This document shows, piece by piece, positions 13,951 through 27,198 of a stretch of DNA of 64,000 nucleotides. Both the position numbers and the translations under genes were made by a program. Each line of letters begins with the position of its first letter. The first letter of the stretch is position 1. Under the pieces are notes generated by a model. The model searched no databases and had not been told where the DNA came from. It worked only from the letters and a program-made list of their open reading frames with translations. Location: the NCBI GenBank assembly GCA_964016885.1, contig OZ024744.1, positions 96,038,001 through 96,102,000 of the forward strand, read 5' to 3'. This stretch comes from Eledone cirrhosa. Taxonomy: Eukaryota.

Positions 13951-14140
13951 TAGAAGGAGCTTCTACAGGACTAGTACTGTTTCATTCAGATGAAATCTTC
14001 AGGAAGAGCTTCCTGAAGATTTCATCTGAATGAAACAGTACTAGTCCTGTAGAAGCTCCTTCTATAAAATAAAAAAATTTACTCTGCCATGTATTGAGTA
14101 CCTTACTTACTGTGGTTATCCCCGACTCAACCCGGGACCT
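13950..14140. mobile_element. 57-bp-arm perfect palindrome built from a hammerhead-bearing pLTR
   Basis: Arms are 13950-14006 and 14009-14065. CTGAAGA-TTTC..GAAT-GAAA begins at 14013. Homolog at 12915-13037 (minus). Confidence 0.8.
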
Positions 14141-14293
14141 ACGTATATATATATATATATATATTAATATATTACAGAAAAAAAGAGAATCAGTGTTACG
14201 ACGAATGGAATTTATTAGACATATTACAATCGTTTCTCTGGCGACCAGCGCGAGGCTCGATCGATGTGATGATCGAACCTGACGTAGAATCAA

Positions 14294-14389
14294 GACGTAT
14301 CTGAGGACCTTGCGATTTTCAGAGTCAGGTTCGATCATCACATCGATCGTGCCTCGAGCTGGTCGCCAGAGAAACGATTGTAATATGTC
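14294..14389 (+). ncRNA. Type I hammerhead with extended stem II (2366 family)
   Basis: GACGTAT-CTGAGGA-...-GAAA-CGATTG-TA-ATATGTC. Partial inverted copy at 14173-14283. Confidence 0.82.
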
Positions 14390-14518
14390 CAATAAATTCC
14401 ATTCGTCGCAACACTGATTCTCTTTTTTTCTGTGATATCATACTCTGCTCTATGAGGGCATTGAGTGCTCATACGGCCCACCGCATACGGACGCTTTAAG
14501 CATCCAACACCAATTATA

Positions 14519-14575
<57 letters not shown>

Positions 14576-14714
14576 AGCCGACCGTCGAATAAACAACACC
14601 ACTCGTCCGGTCGGCCCCTTGTATCTTGAAAAGAAAATCTTTTTCGGGGAAATTATTGGATTTTTCCAAATTTAAAGGATTCTTAGGAACTTTCATTGTT
14701 TATTTTAGGTTTTG

Positions 14715-14772
14715 CCGTTTGAAGAGCTCAGGCTATCTTAACTGATATTCCTCAGTGAAATATGTATAATGG
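14715..14772 (+). ncRNA. Hammerhead-like motif (TTGAAGA core)
   Basis: CCGT-TTGAAGA-GCTCAGG..CCTCAGT-GAAA-TATGTA-TA-ATGG. Confidence 0.55.
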
Positions 14773-14916
14773 AGTTTTAAATAAACCTGAATCAACTGAA
14801 TATGGCCTCCGATCTTTTATTAATATATAATCGTCATCATCATCATCATCATCTTCATCATCGTCATCACTATCATCATCATCATCACCACCATCATCAT
14901 CATCATCATCATCATT

Positions 14917-14949
<33 letters not shown>

Positions 14950-14954
<5 letters not shown>

Positions 14955-15750
14955 TTTACGTCCACTTTTCCCTGCTTGCAAGGGTGTGACTGTTCCTATT
15001 CAGCACAGCATCTCTCCTGTCGTCACGGTCTTTCGTCATCTCCTCTGTGAGCATCAGCGATCTGAGATCAGCTCTCACCACCTCCGCCCATGATTTTCGT
15101 GGTCTACCTCTACCGTGTCTTCCTTCTACTGGGATTTCTTGGCACTTCTTTACCCAGCAGTCATCCTCCATGCACATCACACGTCCATACCAACGCAGTT
15201 TTCTCTCCCGCACACTACAGTTTATCCCTCTTATACACAGTTTCTCTCTGAACTCATCTATGCTTGGTCGTTCACACACATTGACATTTCACATCCAACA
15301 GAGCATGCTTGCTTCATTTCTCTCCAGCTGTCGCATACCTTCCACAGTTGCTGCCCATGTCTCACTACCATGCAGCATCGCACATCTCACACAGGCATCA
15401 TATAACCGGCCTTTTGTTCGTAGTGAGAAACCCTTCTTTGTCAACAGAGGAAGCAGCTCCCTAAACTTCTTCCAACCCATTCTTATTCTAGATACTGTGG
15501 CCTCGGAGCACCCTCCTCCCTCCCTTACTAATCTGATCACCTAGGTATCGGAAGCTATCAACCACCTCTATAGATCCTACCTGCATTTGAAAAATGTGCC
15601 TATCACTGACACTTCTACTATCAAATTTCCCTGTACATCTACTGCATACATAGTTTTCCCTACCTGTTAGTTTGCCTGCTATCCCACTACACCTCTTGTG
15701 TACCCAAGATTTGCACTGAGTACATTTTATAGATATGTAGAAAAGGAGTT
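14950..15750 (-). mobile_element. RTE-type LINE 3' fragment (decayed)
   Basis: CTQCKSWVHKRCSG..CSRC zinc motif, EVVDSFRYLGD, KGRLYDACVRCAMLHGSETW, RKLRWYGRV, GRGRPRKSW. Followed by an (ATG)n tail at 14830-14953. Confidence 0.9.
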
Positions 15751-15751
15751 G

Positions 15752-15883
<132 letters not shown>

Positions 15884-16029
15884 CTATTATCACAGCCCTC
15901 TCACCTCACCTTCGCCCTCCCAAAAAAACCGTCTTCCTTTCCCTATCACCCCATCACTCTACCTCTCCGCAACATATTCTCCGTTTCTTCCGCATCCTCT
16001 CTTCAGACTCCGTCACTTCTTCCTTTTTT

Positions 16030-16550
16030 CCAAACCCACCCACCTTATCACCGCGTTAAAGCGCGCCCGTAATCTCTGCGACCTCCAGGCACGCAGTTCC
16101 TTCTCGTCCTCTCTTACGACTCCACCCGGCTCGGCTCTCATTCTTGTTCTCGTCCCCGCTGTAACTCCTGTCCTTTTATTTTCAACTTCACCATTCTCAC
16201 AGGCACCAATGGTTCATTATGTATCCGCAACTCCTTCACCTGTACCTGTACCTCCACCCACGTAGTTTATGCCTTCCGGTGCTCCCTTTGTGAGTCCTTA
16301 TATAACAGACAAACAGGATGCCGTTTGGCGGACCGTTTTGCCGAACATTTGAGGGACATACGACTCCGTATGGATACTCTGGACACCTTCATTTCCGTTC
16401 CCCAGGTCATTCTTCCCTACATGTCTCAGTTCTTGGTGTTTTTTTACATCCCGGATCACAGGCCTCAAGCACCAGGACTGAACAGAGTCTGATTTTCCGC
16501 CTTGGGTCATGTTTCTCCAATGGACTCAACTCCCCGCTCCAATTTCTTTG
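16030..16550 (+). pseudogene. Decayed PLE GIY-YIG endonuclease (Neptune/Penelope type)
   Basis: IRNSFTC..STHVVYAFRCSLCESLY..QTGCRLADRFAEHLRDIR..HFRSPGHS..EQSLIFRLGS..NGLN across frameshifts. pLTR remnant at 16924-17022. Confidence 0.8.
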
Positions 16551-17041
16551 ATATTACACACATACGTTTGTGCTTCCTTCTCTACTCCTTGCCTCCGTCA
16601 TGTTTACCCCGTCCGTTGTCACACGCGCGCTTGTGCAGTCACCTCTAGATTCCTATGGCTCTCTTATCATCAGAAACATATACTCTTACAGCTGAATCAG
16701 ACCAACTAAATACGCACACACACCTCTGCTTTTACCTTCACCGCTCTGTATACACACACAAACACAGACACACACTCCCTTATATTAACATACTATTGAT
16801 CACAGCTTCGTACTTACAAGCACACACTCTCTTTTATTTACATATACATACATATATTCTCTTAGCTTCGTATGGACGTATAACAACAAACACGCACATA
16901 CACACACACACGCGTATACGCACGAAACGTTAAGACCCTCTTCATGCTATTTCAAGCGTTAAACTTTTATATTCCTTCCATATACAGTATCGTTTATGTT
17001 GATATTCCTATTTACCTTTTACACACAAACACACACACACG

Positions 17042-17157
<116 letters not shown>

Positions 17158-17884
17158 CACACACACAGACACAGACACACACACACAGACACACACTTCG
17201 TTTTTAATTTGTTTTGTAAGACTTATCTGAAAACGTGTGTTGAAACAAATATTGTTATACTTTGGGAGGGTCATGTTGAGACACGCACTTATTGGATTTC
17301 ACAATTTATTATAAGTTTCTGGTTTGTTGGTTCAATAACCGGATGGTTGTTTATATATTGTCAAATCTCTTCCGTCACACATTATGTGACCTCCTCAGTG
17401 ACTGATTTCTTATTTTGTGTCTCTCCTTTGTTCTGTCCTACACCATCTTGTTTTTGTGTGTTGTGTGCTGCGTACTTGGTTTGCGCATGCGTTACATCCG
17501 TGTGTGTGTGTTTTTATTTATTTTTGTGTTTATTTACTTGTCACTAGTTGGTTGTTTGTTCTAGCTGTGTGTGTCTGATTTGTCTTATTAGTTTGGTTCT
17601 TGTGTGTCTTCATTTTGTCCTTAATCACTAGTTGTGATGTTGTTGCTATTCCACTCATGTTTTCTGTTTAATTTTGGTTGGGGTTCGTTTATGTTTGTTG
17701 CTTCTGTAATTTTTCTGAGCATTGCATCTTTTCAGTGTGTGGATATAATGTTTATCTCTATGTTCTCAATGAAGAAAAAAAAAAAAGGGGGGGTGTGTGC
17801 TGCAAAGACATATAATTTTAACTGTTCAACAAGTATTGCCATAGAATTTTAACTGGTCAGTGGGAGGTAAGTGATGAATGTCGA

Positions 17885-17972
17885 GGTGTTTGCATAACTA
17901 CGGCTTCCTAAAACCGTATTTCTTTGGAGATACGTAATATTTATATACATATTGTATAAAGCTATGCTTGAA
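17885..17972 (+). mobile_element. Fragment of the 325-bp retrozyme-like family
   Basis: GGTGTTTGCATAACTACGGCTTCCTAAAACCGTATTTCTTTGGAGATACG matches 30198-30282. Confidence 0.8.
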
Positions 17973-18949
17973 GAGAAATTTTGTAAAATACTCTCGGGTC
18001 TCAACTAATGCACTTCCCCCGGCTTATTAATTTTTCAGATTTTTGCCCATTTCTCAGACATAAAATAGGGGTCGGATTATATTCGGATCAAGTATTTCAA
18101 ATAATTATTTCGTTTTACAAAAAAACAGCACGCTATTAAAGGGGGGGGGGGGACTGAAAAGAGGAAAAAAAAAGAAAGAAAAGAATCAAGCATCGAAAGA
18201 AAAGGGAAAAGGAGGAAGATCATACACTACACCCCAGTCTGAGTGGTACCTCAGTTGTGAAAGAGAGGGAGAGGGGGGAGGAACAGACACTACAGCCCAT
18301 TCTGGATGCGGTAATTTTCTTATCCCTTTGTAATTAATACGAAAATTTATTGAACAAACGTTATACAATGATGAAAATATTATAAAAAAAGGATAAAAAC
18401 AAAATTAAGAAATGAAAAAAAAAGAAAAAAAAGGGGGTTAAGGGGTAAAGAAGGGCAGATCTGGCTGTATAGGAAAATAAAAGAAAGGACTATAAATGCC
18501 ATAAATGAGAGGAAAAGGAGAGAAAGAGCAAGGACTATTAAGCAACGAAAGAGAGAGTGGGGGGAAGGGGATAGGGTGACAGACTCTACACGTAGGTCAG
18601 AGTGGTGTTTCAGATATGACCCACGGACAAAATGGTAAAGGCATTTCGGGGACAATGGCCAAAGACACCCGCTGCAACCGTCACCCCCACCTCGCGGAGT
18701 TCTTTCTGCACACGGCCTGGTGTTGTTCCGATTTTACGGAAATTTGTTTTGCACAAAAGTGTGCATGGGTGCATGGTCCCGTAACTCCTAATGGAGTCGC
18801 AGGGGCGCTATATTGAGCTACGGCGTTTCTAGGGCTCTTTCTAAAACCCAGCAGAACCCATCTCAACCCCATGGCTGAATGTAGCAGATTTTTTTCAAGA
18901 GAAAGATAGAGAGTGAGAGAATGGAGATGAGAAAGAGATATTGAGGATG

Positions 18950-19092
18950 AATCGACCCTGGTATCTTTTTATCGACCTTAAATAGATGAAAAGCAAATTT
19001 GACCTCGGTGGGATTTGAACGCAGAGAGCAGAGGGTTGGAATAAATACAGCAAAGCATTCTATCCCATGTTCTAACGACTCTGCCAATTCGA
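18950..19092 (-). mobile_element. Family-A-related SINE
   Basis: GGCAGAGTCGTTAGA...GCGTTCAAATCCC, followed by the central domain. Confidence 0.7.
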
Positions 19093-19269
19093 TGCCTTAA
19101 ATTCAGTAGTATTACTTTCAAATTAGTTAACATTTGTTGAGAATTATCTCCCCTGTTATTTATGAAATTTCTTTCCATCTGAAATTTCATTTACTTTATA
19201 ACTTATATGTTTCTAATACACCAACAGTGAACAGCCACAACAATAACGAGAAATCAGGTTATATTAGAA

Positions 19270-19530
19270 AGGGTCGTAACTATATGTCACAAAGCATCTT
19301 GTCCGACGCTCTACCGATTACTGCCAATCCAAATGATAATAATTGTTTCTACTTTTGGCACAAGGCCAACAATTACTCCAGTGTATTACTGGTACTTTAT
19401 TTTATCGACCCTATAAGGATGAAAGGCAAAGTTAGCCTAATTGGGATTTGAACTCAGACCGTAAAGGGCCATAATTCTATGCCGCAAAGGGTGGTGTCCG
19501 ACGCTCTAAAGATTCTGCCAATCCACCACT
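19270..19530 (-). mobile_element. Family-A SINE (partial plus full copy)
   Basis: Homology to 180-369. Confidence 0.8.
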
Positions 19531-19552
19531 CTAATAACAAACAACAACAGTA

Positions 19553-19885
<333 letters not shown>

Positions 19886-20071
19886 GTTATATAGTAAGGT
19901 GTATTATTGGTTGTGTAAAACGGTCCAATAAATTTTTGTTACCAATATTAAGTTCTCCACGCTTTTGTATATCTCCAATTCCATTTATAGGAACAGCTAG
20001 ATGATGTAAAACGGAGTATTTGTATCAAAATAAAGATCCGAAGGCATGGTATAAATTTCCAATCATTTTAA

Positions 20072-20145
20072 TCACGACACATATTTCAATAAGAGATAGA
20101 TCGATCGTGTAGCCATGATCGATTATCACTAATCTCTTCAGGTGA
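20072..20145 (-). ncRNA. Hammerhead in PLE-A pLTR
   Basis: TCAC-CTGAAGA-[GAT..ATCGATC..GATCGAT..ATT]-GAAA-TATGTG-TC-GTGA. Copies at 24527-24600 (minus, mutated core) and 25389-25462 (plus, CTGACGA). Confidence 0.75.
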
Positions 20146-21571
20146 AAATGAATTGTCTTCAAATCCTTGATACGAGGGAGAAAATTAACGGTGTTCACTC
20201 ACAGAGTTTATTCCCTCATATGAAGATCAAGCAGTCAGAACACGGCGACTGCTATCGTCCTCAGTTAGGGTCATAAAACTATCAAGTCTCTATCTCCCAA
20301 TAGCTGTAAAAGACGCTGGATATCAATCATATCTGTAGAATTACAGTCGGTCACAGTTAATGTGAGTGGGTACACACACACTCACACATACATGACGCGA
20401 GGTCAAAGAAAATAAATATATACCCATACCAACATAGCATCAAATCTGTAGAACTATAGACGGTCACAGTTAGTGTGAGTGAGTACACACACACTCACAC
20501 ACACCGACACGAGGTCAAATAAAAATTATAAAATATAAATATACCAACATAGTATTCACCGAAAGTTAGTTTACAAAACAACAAATGTTATATTGGTCAA
20601 ATCCCAATTTGACGATGTAAATTGGAAAAATTGGGTCAACCGCAACTCTATACACACGCAAGTAAGTTCAGTTCAATGTTCTGCTATACGTGTATAGATT
20701 GAATTGTAACATCCGTATCTCCAAACAGTGTATGTTATGGTATATACACATCCGTATCGTCCAAAAAGGTGTATGTTTTCGTACATACACATCCATGTGA
20801 AGAGCAAGTAGTCAGCTCATATCGAACTCAGTATGTGCCGTTGTCCCATTGAGAATCTGAGTCTTCAAATCTGTGCGTGCAAGCAACCGCTATGTAGGCC
20901 ACTAAGGGGCTCTGTGTAGGGTTGGGTATTTGGGTTAAGGTGTCAGTATGTGCGATTTCCCGTCATATGGGCCCTTGCGCTTTTAAGATAGGTGTTTGAG
21001 TGGTGGAGGTGTGTTATCCAACACAAAAATAAAAATAAAAAATAACAAAGAATAGCAAAACCCAGAGGATGTGTGTAGGCGCATTAATGGTGTGTAAGTA
21101 TTATTGTCCAATCTGTAACCGTGAGTCCTCCATGGTTAGATGATCACGGATCAAAACCTAGTGTAGTGTTCAATCGATAGGGACGTGACCAGTCATAACT
21201 GTGGGAACTCAGTGTCTAAAGAAACCGGGTACTGTGTGTAGAGTTATGTATAGAGAGCGTAATCGGTCTTAACTGAGTGTGTAATACGTTTAGTTATATA
21301 CTAACCGAGAGAACTCAATGGTTAGGGTATCCTAAAGTAATGGTGAATGCGCGTAATCTATCTTACCTGAGTGTGTAATCATTCTAACTATTTACTAACT
21401 AGGTATTCTAATGTGCACTCAGCTGTGAGAACTCTGTGGAAACAGGCCGAGTACTGTTTGTAAGTGTGCAAACGATCTTAGCTGTCTAACTACCTGAGTG
21501 TGTGATTGTCTGTTTTTTGCTAATTGAGAGAACTCTATGGCTAAAGTAGATAGGGAGGAGTTAGTGGTAGG

Positions 21572-24289
21572 TTACTTTCCAAAAATCCTGCGGAAGGTTT
21601 TAGAGGTTCTATGTTGGCAGTTGTTGAAAAAATCCGCTCTCCTATTGATTAACAGGGGGCTGCCTCTAATAATATTAAAGGTTTCAGCTATACATAAATT
21701 ACAGACGCCCGTGCTGCCGTTATATGGCTGGGCTGAGCAAATTATGGACCAGGATAAGGAGTGCCCTATATTCTGTTGTTTAAGCTTCCAGACTAATTCA
21801 GAAAGCGCCGTGCTATTTTTTTAATCTAATCTATTAAAGGTATGGCAGTGATTATACCATCTATCCTTAAATTCAGTGGCAGTTGCCCCAGCATGCCTGA
21901 AGGTTCTATCTAAAGTGGAGACCTTACAGTCGTAGACTATGTTTTTGGTGAGGCATTTCCAAACCATGGGGAAAGTGGCGGTGTTCCTGCAATTACATTT
22001 TCTGTTATCGACCTGGGTAGTTCCAGAGGAACCACGGTAGCTCTGGGGTCGGGTCTCAGTTCTTGTCTGCTCTATGGGTAAATTCTCAGGGGTTGGGGTA
22101 ACCCGACTCACCCCACGTTCATCCATAGAGCTGCCATTAGTTCTGCCATGTCTCATCCCCATGGGCTGTCCTAAGTCTACTATAATTCATCTTAGCTATA
22201 TTCTGAGCTATGTTACTGGTTGTAGAGTAGGGCAGCTTAATGGTATTCCTATTGAATATTTTATAGCATCTGTGTGATCTAGGGAAGCATTTGTCTAAGG
22301 CCCTAAGAAAAGCTTAGTTATACTAGTGGTTAGGCCGGTAGAGTAAGAGGGGTTATACCACATGATTTTTCTGGTTCGATGCCTCTTGTTCTTACTATCT
22401 ATACTAGAGTTACCTGTCTCCTTAGTTGCTACTGGTCTATTATAACTGAAAACTGCCTGTGGGTCGATGGTGTCCTGGGGTGTCCCGATTGTGTTCGGAA
22501 TCGTCCCAAGTCTCCGGGGCGGTGTACCCTCCGTCCAGCTATTGGGATTACCCTCGATAGCCGGGGTTATATCCACTATGCGTCTACTACATTTATCCCT
22601 ATTCCCTCTACCCGACCCTCGTTCCATTTTACGGTCAACGGTTGTTTTATCAGTTCTACAATTAAGGTTATAATTAAGTTGTCGCTGGCATTACGGTGCT
22701 CAGACTCCGTGTTTGTACCTGGGTGATTGTTTCCATTGGTACCATCGACATTAGTACTAGGAGGCAATACAACATGAAGTCTATATTGATCCTCCCTCGC
22801 AAACCGCCTGCTGTTAACTAAAGTGTCCCTATTTTGGCCTAAGCTATCGCAGGAAATGTTGCTACTACTATTTAATGGACGTTTGAATGAGATTCCCTCG
22901 CTATGCCCCGTGCGTTCCAGGGCGCTATTGTAGTAATTCGAGAGTCCTGAAATTCTGCTAGAGATGCTTTTGGTAATACCGTTAGTGACTATTCTAGGGT
23001 GGTTCGATTTTGCGTTGACATAATTTAAATTCTCGTTGGGTTTGTGGTAGGGTTGGAAGAGTCCTGAATTGAGGTTAAGTGTAACATCTAGAAAATTAAC
23101 TATCTTCAGGTTTTCTTCAAACACTATACTTAGGTCTATGTTGTTGAAGAATTTGCTTAGTTTTTTCCTCACCCTCTCTACCATACTATTATTATGGAAC
23201 GACACAGTAAACAAAACGTCGTCACGGTAAGCTCCACCTCACAAGTGGGGCATTTCCGCTCCGAGACAGTCGAGGAAGTAGAGGCCCACCAGATACGTCA
23301 CCTGGGCTGAGAACGTGGATCCCATGGTGACATCGAAATTGTCCGGCCAATCTTTCCTGGTCCACAAGTCACCGTTGGACTCAATTAAGGTTTTCCTAGC
23401 TAGGAGAATAATGTTAATTTCTTCAGATGTAAGGTCGGTGTGTAAGCTAGCAAAGTTTAGGGCCTTACCTAGAAGAGTTGGAGAGATCGAAGAGTAGTAG
23501 TTAGAGATGTCGAACTGTATAAACTTAGTGCTATTCTTATTCTGCGATTTCTCAAACCAGTTAATTACCTCACTTGTTCCTGACCATAATTTAAGCTTCG
23601 ATCTAACTCGAGTGTGGATTATTTTATCAAGGATGTTTTTACTCACGATTCCTATGTCCGACTTCGAAAGGGCTATCAGCCTGACTGGTCTTGATGGTTC
23701 AAAGTTTAATTTGTGTTCTTTCAATAAAATCCTCGGAATTCTAGGATGGAAGGGTTCAGTTTTATCTTCAATACCCAGTTTAGTCATGACGCTATTGGCC
23801 TCCGTGTTGATTAAATCCAGGTTGGCCCGTGTAGGTTTTCTTGTAGCTTTTTCTAAGTTCTCTGATTATCAAGTCGTCATAGGTTACTCTATCCATATCG
23901 TACAGGTTGTTAGTTTTATCTGCGTGAACCAGAATGCCGGTCGAGTTCCTTAGTTTTCCTATATCACCGTTCAGTCGTCTTAAGTAGCTTTTTCCCCTGA
24001 GTGGGTTTTTCCTAAAATTAAGGTTGGACACTATGTTAGACATTTCAGTCTCGAATTCCTCCAGGTACTTATTGTGCGGTGGGTTTCTTCTGGATTTGAA
24101 TTTTCCATCAATGCCGCGCGTTCCCTCCCTGGGGTGGTTTGTTGGTGTTCCTCTGTCGAAGTGGATGACCTTCCAACGCATTCTACGGACAAAGGAGTCT
24201 GATTTACCTATGGCCAACCTTGTGAATTCTTTCATGCCAGGCAAAGGGATGTCCTTAAGCGAAGAGTTCACCGAGAATTTCTCCATCAT
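21572..24289 (-). pseudogene. PLE-A RT/GIY-YIG ORF, disrupted
   Basis: SLKDIPLP..VRRMRWK, ADKTNNLY, QFDISNYYSSI, FDVTMGS, YRDD, NFLDVTLNL, SNHP, WYNPSYS, CNCR..CLTKNIVY..FKDRWYNH..CNLC. Contains stops and frameshifts. Confidence 0.92.
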
Positions 24290-25626
24290 ATTCCTTGCTT
24301 AACAGCATTAAGTGTTCAACAAACTTAGGAGATTTACGTTGTTATATAGTAAGGTGTATTATTGGTTGTGTCATACGGTCCAATAAATTTTTGTTAGCAA
24401 TATTAAGTTCTCCACGCTTTTGTATATCTCCAATTCCATTTATAGGAACAGCTAGATGATGTAAAACGGAGTATTTGTATCAAAATAAAGATCCGAAGGC
24501 ATGGTATAAATTTCCAATCATTTTAATCACAACTCATGTTTCAATAAGAGATAAATCGATCGTGTAGCCATGATCGATTATCACTGATCTCACCAGGTGA
24601 AAATGAATTGTCTTCAAATCCTTGATACGAGGGAGAAAATTAACGATGTTCACTCACAGAGTTTAGTCCCTCATATGAAGATCAAGCAGTCAAAACACGG
24701 CGACTGCTATCGTCCTCAGTTAGGGTCATAAAACTATCAGGTCTCTATCTCCCAATAGCTGTAAAAGACGCTGGACATCAATCAAATCTGTAGAATTACA
24801 GTCGGTCACAGTTAATGTGAGTGGGTACACACACACTCACACACACAGACGCGAGGTTAAAGGAAAAATATATACATATACCAACGTAGCATCAAATCTG
24901 TAGAACTATAGACGGTCACAGTTAGTGTGAGGTAGTACACACACAGTCACACACACCGACGTGAGGTCAAAGAAAAAATATAAAATATACCAACAAACAA
25001 TCACACACTCAGGTAGTTAGACAGCTAAGATCGTTTGCGTGAGTGTGTGTGTACTCACTCACACTAACTGTGACCGTCTATAGTTCTACAGATTTGATGC
25101 TGTGTTGGTATATGTATATATTTTTCCTTTGACCTCGCGTCGGTGTGTGTGAGTGTGTGTGTACCCACTCACATTAACTGTGACCGACTGTAATTCTACA
25201 GATTTGATTGATGTCCAGCGTCTTTTACAGCTATTGGGAGATAGAGACTTAATAGTTTTATGACCCTAACTGAAGACGATAGCAGTCGCCATGTTTTGAC
25301 TGCTTGATCTTCATATGAGGGACTAAACTCTGTGAGTGAACACCGTCAATTTTCTCCCTCATATCAAGGATTTGAAGACAATTCATTTTCACCTGACGAG
25401 ATCAGTGATAATCGATCATGGCTACACGATCGATCTATCTCTTATTGAAACATGTGTTGTGATTAAAATGATTGGAAATTTATACCATGCCTTCGGGTCT
25501 TTATATTGATATATATATATATATATATATGATTGCAACATGAATGGACCTGTTATTTTATATATAAAAACATTTTTTCAAATTTCACCCGCCTGTCCCT
25601 TCAATCTATCTTATTTCTCATTCTTT

Positions 25627-25660
25627 CTACTGATGAAGGACTAGCGTCCGAAACGGTAAG
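25627..25660 (+). ncRNA. Minimal PLE-type hammerhead (13160 family)
   Basis: CTGATGA-AGGACTAGCGTCC-GAAA-CGG-TA-AG. Confidence 0.65.
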
Positions 25661-25745
25661 ACCCTCTTCCTGTTATGTCAAGCGTTAACCTAATATATCA
25701 CTTCCATATACTGTACCGATTGTGTTTTTATTTCTGTTTACCTTT

Positions 25746-26226
<481 letters not shown>

Positions 26227-26905
26227 AGTGGTTACACAACAGTTAGTTCACCATACCAAGAACAATTGTTTCACCTTCGCGGATCTTCACCTCGGGATGT
26301 TTATGGTTATAGGAACAGGAAGGACAACCGTACGAACGCGCATGCGCAGAAACTTGGTTACTTCACACAGGCAATACTAGACTGCGAAAGTCCGGAAAGT
26401 TTTTAGGTTGAAAATAAAATTAAAAAAAATTAAAAATAAAATTACAAAGAATCAGTCCGGAGCCTTGTAGTTATGCAATAGAGTTTGGTGACGTGTGGAC
26501 AACGTGTGAAAAATTCACTTCTCGTGTTTAGGCAATCACTATTGCGTAATCTCTTTAGGATAGTTATTCGTTCGTCAATACATAAGCCACACGTCGGATT
26601 TTCCCTTGCTTGGACTTAGTGATGGCTTTCCTTGAGGGACCATACGTGGATCGCGAGTTTCGTGGATGAACGTCCGGGTATCTGAAGGTAGACTGGTGGT
26701 TCAGGAAACGCTCCTTGAATCGGCCCTCCGCCATGCCCACATAGGATTTGACCTCCTGTGGTTCGTTTGGTCGGTTGGAAGTGACCACAGCTTCATAGAT
26801 TACAGCTGGTGTGTTGCATTGTTGTTGAAGGGTGCAAGCTTCAGGCTTACGGCAAGAGTACCCTGATGGGGTGTTGCTGTTCCTGTTCCTATAACCATAC
26901 ACATC

Positions 26906-26945
26906 CCGAGCTGAAGATCCGCGAAGGTGAAACAATTGTTCTTGG
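26906..26945 (+). ncRNA. Hammerhead in PLE-B 5' pLTR
   Basis: CCGAG-CTGAAGA-TCCGCGAAGGT-GAAA-CAATTG-TT-CTTGG. Confidence 0.8.
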
Positions 26946-27198
26946 TATGGTGAACTAACTGTTGTGTAACCACTTCTACCTAACTCGTCCCTTGGACTGA
27001 GTGCTCTACCACTACGGATATTACCTTCCAGTGTTCCACCACTATCTACGTCTCCAGCAGCGGTCAGCAGATTCTCCTCACTACGTAGAAGTTTGGCTTT
27101 TAGCAGATTCTTCACCACGTGCGAGTTTGGCTTACTACCCTGAGAGTGCTCTATATATCCTCGTGTCCTACAAAATTTAGCGTCTCATCAGCGTTAGT

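Noticed and set aside
23239-23241. In-frame TGA just before YRDD in PLE-A as possible selenocysteine
   Set aside because: Not a Cys position, no SECIS seen, and the copy has other frameshifts and stops.
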